A DNA stretch of 63,974 nucleotides, filler included, from Octopus bimaculoides (lineage: Eukaryota): NCBI RefSeq assembly GCF_001194135.2. It is 8 parts of 8 records of this genome, joined end to end, with 100 filler letters (N's around TTAATTAATTAA, not from the genome) between each part and the next. Parts side by side here need not be neighbours in the genome. Positions count along the whole stretch, not along the records: positions 32,251 to 40,080 come from NC_068981.1; positions 40,181 to 56,414 come from NC_068985.1; 6 more parts are not named here. One strand, written 5' to 3'. Positions within the stretch are counted from its first letter, which is position 1. Each line of letters starts with the position of its first letter. The notes beneath the pieces are model-generated. The model was not told where the DNA came from. It searched no databases and worked only from the letters and a program-made list of their open reading frames with translations. Below, piece by piece: positions 39,032-52,310 of the stretch. The translations under genes and the position numbers were made by a program.

Positions 39032-39620
39032 CGAAAGATCAGGAGAATATGGAGGATGTGATAAGGTCTCGTATAATAAGTCTGTGAGCTTCTTCAGAGT
39101 CATCCTGGAAACATGCGGTCGAGCGTTGTCTTGGAGCATAATTGAACCACGTCGATGAACAAGTGCAGAGCTCATTTTGATCAAGTGAACATGCAATTCT
39201 TCCTGTTGCTTACAGTAAACTTCCGTTGTAATGCTCTGGTTAGGTTCCAGAAAACTATAATGGACGACACCAATAGCAGACCACCAGATAGTCACTATGA
39301 TTTTCTTCTGATGCAACTTCGGTTCCGGGAAATGTTTGGGTGCTTCATCACAATCAAGCCATTGACCCCATCGTTTGCGATTGTCATAAAGGGTCCACTT
39401 TTCGCCACAAACCTCTATTCGATCAAGAAATAGGCCATTAGAGTTTCTCACAAAGACCATCAAACACACTTCAAAACGCCGAAGTTTTTGATTTTCATTG
39501 ATGTTATGCGGGACCCATTTTTTTTCATCAATTTCCTTTGTAAATTTCAGATGCACCTCGTCTTTGCCGATTAATAACACATGCTCACGTACAGATAGTC
39601 CTCCATAATTCAGCTTTATA
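39032..39620 (-). mobile_element. Mariner transposase fragment (internally deleted) with one terminus
   Basis: WVPHNINENQKLRR, CGEKW (TGDEKW), LQDNARPH, HPPYSPDLS; truncated before the final catalytic D. Confidence 0.95.
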
Positions 39621-39639
39621 TCTCACACACGCACGAACG

Positions 39640-39714
<75 letters not shown>

Positions 39715-40021
39715 CCATGCACACATGACCACACTGTAGCCGTCATTTACGCGCAAGTAGGATTTGGTAATTTGTTCTGCAGCATGCTTTTGCTGATTGC
39801 TTTAGGTGCCTGTGTAGTCGTGAGCAAAGGTCGACACTCTTTCGGCCTTTCTGTCAGCTAGTGAGATGACTGCGTCAGTGCTTGGCTAATACTCCATTTA
39901 CGTAAGTACACTGCAACAATTTGAAATGAAATGCCCAGCTCAAGAGCACAACACGCCACCCAGTCCCACGACCTATGCATAAATACGCACAAATACAAAT
40001 CCGCACGCGCACATATGCACA

Positions 40022-40080
<59 letters not shown>

Positions 40081-40180
40081 NNNNNNNNNNNNNNNNNNNN
40101 NNNNNNNNNNNNNNNNNNNNNNNNTTAATTAATTAANNNNNNNNNNNNNNNNNNNNNNNNNNNNNNNNNNNNNNNNNNNN

Positions 40181-40238
40181 AAGAAGAAGAAGAAGAAGAA
40201 GAAGAAGAAGAAGAAGAAGAAGAAGAAGAAGAAGAAGA
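40181..40238. repeat. (AAG)n microsatellite
   Basis: Perfect run next to a gap. Confidence 0.97.
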
Positions 40239-40561
40239 AACAGAAGAGGACTGAGAAGAAGAGCGAGTAATGTAACATTAACGAAACTAAAATCTAGATT
40301 CAAGATCAGAGAAGCTTTTAAGTTACTTTTTGTTACGTTCCAGTGCATCTAAGTGATCTTGTATATTTGATTCCCAAGACTCTGATCTATTTTAATCCGA
40401 TATATTTAAATATATTTAAAAGCTGACTTTCTGTGTAGAAAGCTTTTTTTTTTTAATGAAAATATGTTGTTCCCATCATAGTTTTAGTTGCAATGGCTGA
40501 AACCAACATAACTAAATTTTCATATATCAAAGCATTAATTGACTTTGTCTTCTATGAGACT

Positions 40562-40715
40562 ACTCTCTTTTACTCTTTTACTTGTTTCAGTCATTTGATT
40601 GTGGCCATACTGGAGCACCACCTTTAGTCGAGCAAATCGACCCCAGGACTTATTCTTTGTAAGCCTAGTACTTACTCTATCGGCCTCTTTTGCCGAACCG
40701 CTAAGTTACGGGGAC
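40562..40715 (-). mobile_element. SINE family A body, truncated by a gap
   Basis: Near-identical to 63320-63460. Confidence 0.93.
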
Positions 40716-41169
40716 NNNNNNNNNNNNNNNNNNNNNNNNNNNNNNNNNNNNNNNNNNNNNNNNNNNNNNNNNNNNNNNNNNNNNNNNNNNNNNNNNNNNN
40801 NNNNNNNNNNNNNNNNNNNNNNNNNNNNNNNNNNNNNNNNNNNNNNNNNNNNNNNNNNNNNNNNNNNNNNNNNNNNNNNNNNNNNNNNNNNNNNNNNNNN
40901 NNNNNNNNNNNNNNNNNNNNNNNNNNNNNNNNNNNNNNNNNNNNNNNNNNNNNNNNNNNNNNNNNNNATAGCAATGTTAATTCTCTAAATGAAGTATTAA
41001 CAGTAACTGCACGATAAAGTGAAGTATATTGCCACTTAAGTGTGGCTGACCCCTAGGGGTGGATGTTACTCTTGCTTTTAGCCCCAGGAGGACATCTCCT
41101 CCAGCTGGCTTATCGACACACTACTGTGTCCTGTTTGCCATATATATATGTATATATATACACATACAT

Positions 41170-41310
41170 ATATACGACGAGCTTCTTTCAGTTTCCGTCT
41201 ACCAAATACACTCACAAGGCTTTGGTCGAGCCGAGGCTATAATAGAAAACACTTGAACCCGGTACCATGTGGTTCGTAAGCAAGCTACTTACTTCACAGC
41301 CACTCCTACT
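41170..41310 (-). mobile_element. SINE family A head
   Basis: ACGACGAGCTTCTTTCAGTTTCCGTCTACC...AAGCAAGCTACTTAC..CAGCCACTCCT; homologous to 13060-13220. Confidence 0.88.
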
Positions 41311-43026
41311 CTATGTATAAACAATGTGAATATATATACGTAAAGCCGCGAATCCCAGTCGAGGTTTCGATTTCAACTCTATGATTGAGATCTCAGAAAG
41401 CGTGTTATGTTTTTGCGTAAGGCAATTTCCTACACGCCAACGAAAACAGAGTATCAAGACTGGCAGGTCGCATGGCCAACGTTAAGTGAGGTCACCAGCG
41501 TTAAGGACCTGTGGTACAGTCAAAAACTGTTTGTTAAATAAAATCTATATAATAATCGGCTTGTTCGTTCGCCCGTTATACTTTAGTTCTATAGAGAGTT
41601 GGAGGTGGAGTGAGTGAGAGTTAGAATGAAAGTGAGAGAGAGGGGGAAGTCTGAGTAGCGAAGAAAGCAGTGAGGAAGAGGTAGAGAAAGATGTAGAATA
41701 ATGCGATGTGCTTCAAATTTGTTGAAGTAGTTGACAGAAAGAGAGAAATATAAAGTGCTTAGTCTTAGAGGGAATGTTTAAAACCATAACATATTATTGT
41801 GACTGGAAGTGAAATAACTTAACAAAATAAAAAGATAAATGCAAATCATTTCATTCTTAAATAGCTTCTCTTAATCTTTTTCATTCTGTAGAATTTCAAC
41901 AGATCCCGCTAATGATATATAACACAGATATAGCCATACTTAGAAAAAGAAACGTGGCCGCGACTCAGAGAAGCATTTATATAGATTCACTCAGTGAACT
42001 CTGAATAAATTGAGGCAAGTGACGGAGCTTCTGTGTCTCCATGCGACCTGCTATAAATAAGAGCCTAACCTTCAAATCCAACCTCTTCTTCTTAACCAAG
42101 GAGTGACACACTGGATAATATAATCCTAGAATCACTTAAAAGGATTCGATGGGTATGAAAACTGCACCTTTCTGTCGACCCTATGAAGAAGAATAGGATC
42201 ATCATACCAGTATGATCTCTGGGTGGAGTGTATGTACATGCATGAGGCCTTTGTCCTGCAGTGGACCAAGCCGAGGCAATTCAATCCAACCCAAATACCT
42301 TATAATATATTTGCCGTGCATGTCTAGTTGAGTTTTGTTGTTTTTTCCCGTGTTTTATTTTTGACTTGCCTTATATATATAATATATATATATATATANN
42401 NNNNNNNNNNNNNNNNNNNNNNNNNNNNNNNNNNNNNNNNNNNNNNNNNNNNNNNNNNNNNNNNNNNNNNNNNNNNNNNNNNNNNNNNNNNNNNNNNNNN
42501 NNNNNNNNNNNNNNNNNNNNNNNNNNNNNNNNNNNNNNNNNNNNNNNNNNNNNNNNNNNNNNNNNNNNNNNNNNNNNNNNNNNNNNNNNNNNNNNNNNNN
42601 NNNNNNNNNNNNNNNNNNNNNNNNNNNNNNNNNNNNNNNNNNNNNNNNNNNNNNNNNNNNNNNNNNNNNNNNNNNNNNNNNNNNNNNNNNNNNNNNNNNN
42701 NNNNNNNNNNNNNNNNNNNNNNNNNNNNNNNNNNNNNNNNNNNNNNNNNNNNNNNNNNNNNNNNNNNNNNNNNNNNNNNNNNNNNNNNNNNNNNNNNNNN
42801 NNNNNNNNNNNNNNNNNNNNNNNNNNNNNNNNNNNNNNNNNNNNNNNNNNNNNNNNNNNNNNNNNNNNNNNNNNNNNNNNNNNNNNNNNNNNNNNNNNNN
42901 NNNNNNNNNNNNNNNNNNNNNNNNNNNNNNNNNNNNNNNNNNNNNNNNNNNNNNNNNNNNNNNNNNNNNNNNNNNNNNNNNNNNNNNNNNNNNNNNNNNN
43001 NNNNNNNNNNNNNNNNNNNNNNNNNN

Positions 43027-43200
43027 ATAACGATGACCACTAAAGTGGACATTTAACGTGCTAGAAGATCCCATGTTGTGTCTAGTAAGACCTAATAGTT
43101 CTCAAAAGAAATTCAGCGAGAGAACTATTAGGTCTTAGTAAACACAACATGTGATCTTCTTCTAGCACATTAAATGTCCACTTTAGTGGTCATCGTTATA
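43027..43200. mobile_element. Near-perfect 174-bp palindrome (fold-back MITE-like)
   Basis: 77/80-bp arms with 4 substitutions and one 3-nt indel, 16-nt spacer, TA at the ends. Confidence 0.85.
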
Positions 43201-43993
43201 TATAAACATATACTTTAATCCTCTAAGATCTCAGATATTTTTTCTAAATCTCTCTGATTCTTTCAATGTGCTAGCTTCCTGGTAATAAATCGATATTAAT
43301 TAATATCTGATTTTTTACCCTATGTTTTAATTATATATATATTGTATCAGTTAGAGGAGTATAAAACCTCTAAGGGATAATTAAATCCAAAGGCGCTCCT
43401 GGTGATTACCTGAGTAGGTACACCCTTTTGTAAAGTTGTACGGTAGCAGGTAGTTCGGTGGGTAAACCGTAGTTTAGGTTATATACAAGAAGAAAATCGA
43501 TGTAAATAACAAGGAGAAGCTCGTCGTTTTCGCTTCAATTTAATTAATTAACAAAGAAGAAGGTAGAATTTACGATAGTTTCCCTTTACTAGTTATAGTA
43601 AATATCTTCAGAATGCGAACCACTGATTAAAACAATTTAATACACACGTGCGTAAAAAATGTGCTTAGTCAAACTCGGGATTCCACACCAAAATAATATA
43701 CATCCCGCTTTAATTACCCAACGGTACCATAAACTACCCAATCTACTACAATGAAATCCATTCCCCAGCCGAATAATCAACGTAAGAACATGATATAATG
43801 TAAGACGAACAAATTTTGATGTTATTACCATTATCGATGTATCAATTTATTTTTGGCATTCTGAAGATATTTACTATAACTAGTAAATGGAAACGACCGT
43901 AAGTGCTATCTTCTTTGTTATTTAATTAAATTAAAGGCATAACTACGAGAACGACGAGTTTCTCCTTGTTATTTACATGCATTTTCTTCTCGT

Positions 43994-44057
<64 letters not shown>

Positions 44058-44147
44058 TATATACTTACATATATATACATATATATAACATATATATATA
44101 TAACATATCTTAAATATGTATACGTGTGTATATATATATATATACGC

Positions 44148-44181
<34 letters not shown>

Positions 44182-45234
44182 TATCGATAAGATTTCCAGT
44201 CCAAACAGGTAGATTGGTTTAGTGTCAGACGCCTTACAGTATTTTGGTGTTTGCTCCGCTTCTTTACGTTTGTAGACAGCAACGTCTACGCCAAAACGGG
44301 TGCGAGGAATATCAGAAAATTGGTGGCGGTCTTTGCCGCAGATAACATGCATGCAAGGGCAACTGCCTGTTATCATAGGAAAATATCTTTTTCAGGTTTA
44401 TACATATATGTGCCGATGCATGTTCAACTTTGTCCGAAGGACTAAGTATGAATGAAAGCTAAAATAGTCACGATTGGATTGTCTTTGATCATAGATCTTT
44501 TGCTACATAAGTGCATCCCTGGGACTAAACAACATCAAAAAGTTAACTTTCTTCTGTGTCTATTTTGAGTATAATTTCCAAACCAGCCAATATTAATATT
44601 AGTCAATATTAACTTTTGCAGTCTGGTACGTCGCTTCCCTTATAAATTAATTATTGGCTTTGTGTCAAATATTAAAGTGTTATTCACGCAGTTGAAAACA
44701 CTTCACTGCATTTACGTTACTAATTTCTTTGACAAAGGCATGAAAGACACAACTTTTGATTTCTCTCTCCCATAAATATATATATTTAAATCCCAAATGA
44801 AAAGAATCCAATAACATTATTGTGATTCAGAAACTAAGATCTTATGGCATACTTCTTTTCTGTGTAACTCCATATTAAAAGAATATGAAAAGATATTGTT
44901 CTCATGTAAATCAATGGTATTTCAAAGGTATCGATCGTTCATCAAGATATATTGATGTTTACTTATCATTTCCGACAGATGATTAACATTCTTTTCAGTC
45001 TCAAAACAGGTATATATTTTCACGTTACATGTAATCATGATACTTGTTGTAAAAGCAATATTTCTAGTAATATGTCACATACACTTGCTCATATGTATAT
45101 ATGCAAACATAAATACACACATATTATATATATGTGTATGTGTGTGTGCGCGCATCTGTGTGCGCGTGTGTGTGTACGTGTGTGTGTACGTGTGTGTATG
45201 TGTGTGTGTAAGTATTATATACATATATATATAC

Positions 45235-45267
<33 letters not shown>

Positions 45268-45337
45268 GTATATATATATATATCAATTTCTGTTATATAT
45301 ATATACATACATACATATATATATATANNNNNNNNNN

Positions 45338-45388
<51 letters not shown>

Positions 45389-46116
45389 TGTGTGTATGTA
45401 TATAATACATAAATGCATAGATATGTATGTTGTATGTATGTGTGTGTGTATGTATGTATATATGTATATAAATATATGATATTTTGGAATGGATGTACAT
45501 ACGCTAATATTAATATATATATATACATACACGCGTAAGTATCTCATTTGTATATATGAGAGGAACCTCTCTTCTTCCAGGAATATTTTATTGATAATAT
45601 GACTGCCTTCTAGTCTGAGTTTTACTATCTTTTTTTAACATTTTCGAATGCGCGTATGAAAGTTATATATTTGTAGTGGTAGGGTTGGCAGTAAAATTCC
45701 TAATTTTATCATTAACATTTTGACATTGTTATAGTCTAATTCTTGGAATGAATGACAGTTGGCCTGTTTCACTACCGGTTTATAGAAAGTAAGGGCGAAG
45801 TGATCGAGTTAGACATTCAGAACCATTAAGTCTGTCGTTGTTGGATGTTAGTTGTGATAGTTATTTGTTGTCAGTGTCTAGATTTTCGTATTTTACTTTG
45901 TTATTAATAATCCTTGCTTTCATCATTGAGTTTATTTTCCTTGTAGAATTCTCAAGTACAGATGTATTGTCCTTTAATGTTTTTCTATCGCGTTTTGACT
46001 TATGTAATTTAAAGTATTGTAACTGTTTCTTGTTATAAGTGTAAAGGAGAGAGAGAGAGAGAGTTTCATAAAGGTGGCTTCATGAATAGGGCTTACAACT
46101 TCAATATTAAAATATA

Positions 46117-46147
<31 letters not shown>

Positions 46148-46165
46148 NNNNNNNNNNNNNNNNNN

Positions 46166-46214
46166 AGTTCACGGGCCACCAGTACTACCTTTGTGGACCT
46201 CAGGTTGGGAACCA
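46166..46214. mobile_element. End of a hAT-type MITE next to a gap
   Basis: CAGGTTGGGAACCAC terminus similar to Charlie-like TIRs. Confidence 0.5.
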
Positions 46215-48879
46215 CAGTATCATGCATGTCATCATGAATGTCCTTCGTGGCTAACCCTTTTTTTTCAGCAGCTACTTGATAACTCCACGATGCTAAATTT
46301 TGTCCATTTACAAGAGATGCCGCTACTAGTTACATTTGGAGTTTTCTTTAGACAGTGAGATGTGAGTTTACCTGGAAAGAAACAATGCAGTTATAAGCAA
46401 GAGGAGTTGAAATTAATGAATGCAAGATTTCAAAATTCTAGCAGCAATCCTTTATAGTTAGCCTCCGAACATTTCAGCTCACCCTCGTACGTACATACAT
46501 ACGCACTGTGCAGTGGTGTTAACGTTATTGTAGTTGTTTAGTTTTAGGTTATTCGCGATCGTGTGACACCTATTGTCAAATGTATGACAAGCATGAGCCT
46601 TTAGCAATCAGGTCTTTGCAGAAATCCATAGGAATACATTAGCTAAAATAACCTTCTCTTATTAAAGTCTGTGGGACGAAATGTGAATGAGATGAGGCCG
46701 TTAATTGTATTAAATCGAATGGCAACGTAGCCGTTTCCTTGTTCGCTCAAAGTGACGAATAATTCTTCCAGAAGAATGAATATTGAATTTTATGTTATTA
46801 TTGCTGTTATTTTATTTTTTCATATTAGTCAAATTTCATGGCTTTTACTGAAGTACATTTAAACTCTAATTATTTTCAGTTAATATAAATCAAAGATTAT
46901 ATTAGCCTTCGCTAAAAATTCAGTTTAATTACCTCAAAATAATTTAGCGATGTTTAAATAGGTGGATAAAGAAGCGTTTATAAAACAAAATGATGAAGAA
47001 AGCACACTGCCCTAAAACCAATTTGTTTAATTGGCACAAAACTGCAGTTTTATAAAGACGAGTTACATTCGTGTAAATTTTACCGTTGTATATTACTGGT
47101 TATTATTGTATTGATTCTAGAGAGAAGAAATGCAAATATCAATATCGGTGGACCTTGAGCTAGGAATGTAATGTGACATAACTAAATACTAGTAACCACT
47201 GTAGATATCACTCATCTTAGTTGTGCTTGACCACGGCTGGTCAAAGCCTAGTGACAACAGCGACGGCAAATACAACCACTAATCTTCATTCAATCATGAT
47301 AAATTGATTTCTTTTGATGAGACTTAAACCATTGATTTGCAAGTGAAAGACAGAAAAAATGTGTTTAATAGAAACTAGAATACTAGCCACGTGGAATCCC
47401 GATAATCTTGATTCCTTAAATCACTATATTGCTAAGTGTTTGTAGCATTTGATACAACCTGAGTATTTTAGTATATTAAATACATAATTTAATTACAATC
47501 CAATGAGGGGGAAACACATCTTGAGCTAGTTTAATTTAAATATATATTGTAGAATAAAGATACTAAAGTTTTTATAGAATTACTTTATATTCTACTATCT
47601 ATAAATTTTTGTTTGTCGAGACGTGTGATTTAGTGTTACAATTTTAGTATCCTTAACTATGGTAAGAATTCGAACACACGAACGGAAACTTTAATATGAG
47701 TAACTTGAATGCTCAGTTCGAATGTTACGTTTAAAGCTACCTTCACTAGGGAATAAAATCGAAAAAATTATTCAACCCTTTTAACACAATGAAGCATGTT
47801 AGTGTTACACTTTACCAATTGCCTGTACCAAGCATTTTCGTAAGCCTGTCGTAAACATCCATGTTTGTTTTCATACGTTTTGTTATTCCTGCTTCATACA
47901 TAATCGATAATATAAAGCTTTGCTTTCTTAAGCCCCAAGTTACGCTGGTGGTCGGAAAAAGTTGAAATTTTATCATATATAATGCATGGAAGCCAGAAAA
48001 ATATGTCATGTTTAGCATATGTGATACACAAGCCAGATAAGAGGTTAAACACCAATAAATATACAATAAATTAAAATCATTTCTGAAACGTTTAAAATAA
48101 TAGAAAACATTGTGAAACATCTTTGGATTTATAAACGTCATATTAGAAACGATATAAACTTGTATCAGCGATACAAAATTGTATATACTAAACTGACGAG
48201 AACAGTTGGATCACACATTGTTATAATTCAAAGTGGCCGTGCTAACCCTTATACTGAATCACTCCAGGAAACCCCCACACAAATTACAATCTCTAAAATT
48301 TTAGCGTGCCTGCTTCTTTGTTTGGTTCTCTTTCCGCTGTCAAACGAGGTTTTCCGATATATCGTAGCACTTAATTGCAGCCTGTTTTAAGATAATTTCA
48401 TCTGACTGTTTCCTTTAATTCATGTCTTTACTATATTTTTATACCAGAAATTCAAAATGTTTTCAATATTTCAAAAACAAAAACAAGAAAATAAGAAAAT
48501 ACTGATATCACTTCGAAATAATGAAGTAAAATTGTTAAAAGTTTCTTTTCCGATACTTTATAAACAAGATTCAAGAGAGAAAAGGCTAGGCATTTTATAA
48601 ATTTGAAAATAGAAGGGCATTTATATAATTTTAAAATGCACATGCTCCTGCCCACCGGTATAATGATTATAGTATAACAATTATAAATCGTATGGTAGGA
48701 TTACAAAACTTATAATTATGAAAGATCTATCGTTGTATTACGAAACTCAGTAGCTACTTGCACTTTTATTCAGTAGGTATCCATATCAGTGACGTCAATG
48801 TCCTTGGTTTGCCTTGTAATACGGTCGACTATGGATCAGTTCAATTGAGGTTAACATGAGGTTAAATATGACAATAACA

Positions 48880-48913
<34 letters not shown>

Positions 48914-49299
48914 AAAGCCATACTAGCCAACGAAGTTTGTCTGTAAGGTGTCCCTCAAGTGCCTTGAAATAGCTAGCAAATTCCATCAAATCACTACTTA
49001 TTCTCTCCAATAATATAAGGGTTCTTTGTAATACGAAATATATAAAGCAATGGACAGAGTTGAGATGTTTTTGTTCATGAGTCAGTTTAACCAGGCGTGA
49101 CCTGTGAATCAAAATCACAGTAAAAACAAAAATAAATATCAGTTGCTAAGAGAGATGATTTGACTATAATTATACAGTCGGTATGTGTGTGTGTATGTGG
49201 GGGGGGGGTAACATAATGTGAACTAGCAATCCTATCGTTCGCATCAAATGAAATACTGATTCTGTCGGTACATCAAATGAGATAGTGATTCTGTTAGCT

Positions 49300-49425
49300 G
49301 TCAATTTAAGAAGTTCGCTTTGCAACTGCATGAACCCGGGTTCGATTCCACTACACAGCATCTTGGATAAATGCTTTGCTAGTAGAATTTGGCAGATGGA
49401 AATTGTGCGGAAAGCCATTGTTTAT
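49300..49425 (+). mobile_element. Degenerate tRNA-headed SINE (family A-related)
   Basis: B-box CCCGGGTTCGATTCC followed by TTTGGCAGATGGAAATTGTGCGGAAAGCC. Confidence 0.65.
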
Positions 49426-49959
49426 GACTTAATCGAAAAAGTATGCAATTTATGAAATGATTAGAAGTTTCTATTGCTTTAAATTACATGCATTTCTATA
49501 CTCATTCATAAATCACAATTTATAGGATAGTTGTCGTAAACGTAAAATAAACGTGGGTGATAAAGTTTACATTAGTTATCAACATTTTGGCTGTGGATTG
49601 ATATGTTTTTAGAATTATCAGGTTTGAGTTATTTCAGAAGGGTCAGAAATCAATGTAAATCTATGCTTTCGGAGTGGAAGGATCACAATGAGATGTGGAG
49701 CGCAAAATCGTGCTGCGATATATTCGTACAACAATTAGCCATTGAAATAAAATAATTTAGAATTGGAGAAAACTAAGTCACACACTGGCATACAAACAAG
49801 TGTACATATAAATGAGTGTGTGTGTGTGTGTGTGTGTGTGTACAAAGGAATCTCCCGTCGAAGACGACGTAGACAGTGTTTCACGAACGACCAGTACAAA
49901 TGATTCGCTTATAATGATAGAATGTACGTGATGTACATTAGTGTACCCACTCCATCAAA

Positions 49960-50131
49960 TCGACATTGCCCGTACTAGTGCATAAGTTTGCCACGCGGCA
50001 GATGTCGAAATGATTGTAGAGGAACGAGAAATGAAGTGTTTTTTTGAAGAAGACTTCATGCCACTCTACCCGGGAATCGAAACCACGATCTAGCAATTGT
50101 GAGTGCAACTGGCTGAACACAAGGCCATGCG
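49960..50131 (-). mobile_element. Degenerate SINE family C
   Basis: Minus-strand head with GTGGTTTCGATTCCCGG B-box. Confidence 0.6.
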
Positions 50132-50478
50132 AGTAAACGCGTTAAGGAATTCATCAATAATACAAGAAATAAAATATTCACGCTTTTCTCAAAGTATGCA
50201 GCCGGTTTTATTGGTTTCCTGTATTTAACATATGTTTGAGAGAAGGGAGAATAAATTGAAGTAAATTAAATGTCTTTCATGATATCCGTTCCTGTCGTTC
50301 TCCCGGCTTTTTGACTACAGGGTTGTATAAGTAGCAGTATCAGTTTCAGTAGAGGCAATTTTGTTCCTAACTCGCAATCCTGGTATTAAGGAATGGCTGT
50401 TAACAATATATACATACTTGTGTAAGTGTCTATTTATATATAGATAGATTATTAAGACTGCTATTCGCAATTTAGAAC

Positions 50479-50550
<72 letters not shown>

Positions 50551-50571
50551 TGTATGCATGTATACATATAT

Positions 50572-50614
<43 letters not shown>

Positions 50615-51303
50615 NNNNNNNNNNNNNNNNNNNNNNNNNNNNNNNNNNNNNNNNNNNNNNNNNNNNNNNNNNNNNNNNNNNNNNNNNNNNNNNNNNNNNN
50701 NNNNNNNNNNNNNNNNNNNNNNNNNNNNNNNNNNNNNNNNNNNNNNNNNNNNNNNNNNNNNNNNNNNNNNNNNNNNNNNNNNNNNNNNNNNNNNNNNNNN
50801 NNNNNNNNNNNNNNNNNNNNNNNNNNNNNNNNNNNNNNNNNNNNNNNNNNNNNNNNNNNNNNNNNNNNNNNNNNNNNNNNNNNNNNNNNNNNNNNNNNNN
50901 NNNNNNNNNNNNNNNNNNNNNNNNNNNNNNNNNNNNNNNNNNNNNNNNNNNNNNNNNNNNNNNNNNNNNNNNNNNNNNNNNNNNNNNNNNNNNNNNNNNN
51001 NNNNNNNNNNNNNNNNNNNNNNNNNNNNNNNNNNNNNNNNNNNNNNNNNNNNNNNNNNNNNNNNNNNNNNNNNNNNNNNNNNNNNNNNNNNNNNNNNNNN
51101 NNNNNNNNNNNNNNNNNNNNNNNNNNNNNNNNNNNNNNNNNNNNNNNNNNNNNNNNNNNNNNNNNNNNNNNNNNNNNNNNNNNNNNNNNNNNNNNNNNNN
51201 NNNNNNNNNNNNNNNNNNNNNNNNNNNNNNNNNNNNNNNNNNNNNNNNNNNNNNNNNNNNNNNNNNNNNNNNNNNNNNNNNNNNNNNNNNNNNNNNNNNN
51301 NNN

Positions 51304-51335
<32 letters not shown>

Positions 51336-51571
51336 GCATACATACGCGTTGAAAACCAACTAATATAAAACACTACTAATGGCAGGTTAATTTTACAAAT
51401 TAATATATTTTCTTGAGATCTAGGAAAATGAACAGAATTAATTTCGCGTGCTTGTGCACACACGGCACATACACACGCTCACGCACGCGCGCTCTCACAT
51501 TCACATGATACTTATACAAGAAGTTTTTCTGTAACTTCGAAATTTTGTTTTTGTTCCCTCCATCAAATTGT

Positions 51572-51605
51572 CTGACGAATGCAACTAAGATGAAACTTCG
51601 AAGTC
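51572..51605 (+). ncRNA. Degenerate hammerhead-ribozyme-like motif
   Basis: CUGACGA-AUG CAACUAA GAU-GAAA-CUUCGAAGU-C: both core strands, palindromic stem III and a GUC triplet are present; stems I and II are damaged. Confidence 0.35.
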
Positions 51606-51919
51606 AATGTTATTCTTTTTTACCAAAGATGCCCTACACAATGGCATTGAGTAATATTTCTGTATTTGATTGTTCATATATTTTACTGAGCATAAAATGA
51701 ACATGTATAAGCACATTCCAGTTTGATCCTGACGGACCAAATTTCCTCCTCTCTTGGATTCTCATCTCTTCTACCTTTATCTCGAGCCTTTGGTACCTCT
51801 CCGTATCCAATTTACCCTCACTTCACCAGGATTATCATTGGAACTTTACACCTTTCGGACTCCTCAATCATAGATCTTACTGTATACTGTTGTTGATTCA
51901 TATATATATATATATATAT

Positions 51920-52057
51920 ACTCTTTTACCTGTTTCATTCATTTGACAGCAACCATGCTGGAGCACCACCTTTATTCGAACAAATCGACCCCAAAACTTA
52001 TTCTTTGTAAGCATAGTACTTATTCCACCGGTGTCTATATATGCACATATATACATG

Positions 52058-52104
<47 letters not shown>

Positions 52105-52310
52105 CAAATATCAGTGTGTACATGTGTGTGCATATATATATTATGTGGGTGTGCATATATATATGTATGTGTGTATGTGTGTGTCGCTTATAATGTATCG
52201 GCCCCAGTACTTTTCGTAAAATCTGATACTTATTCTATCGATATCTCTCGGAGAACCACTAAGTTACAGGGACGCAAACAAAACAACGTCTGTCAAATGG
52301 TGGTATATTT
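51920..52310 (-). mobile_element. SINE family A split by a microsatellite expansion
   Basis: The family body breaks at ~52025 and resumes at ~52200. Confidence 0.8.

Noticed and set aside
45780-46030. K/N-rich minus frame possibly from a retroelement N-terminus
   Set aside because: No diagnostic motif could be recognised.
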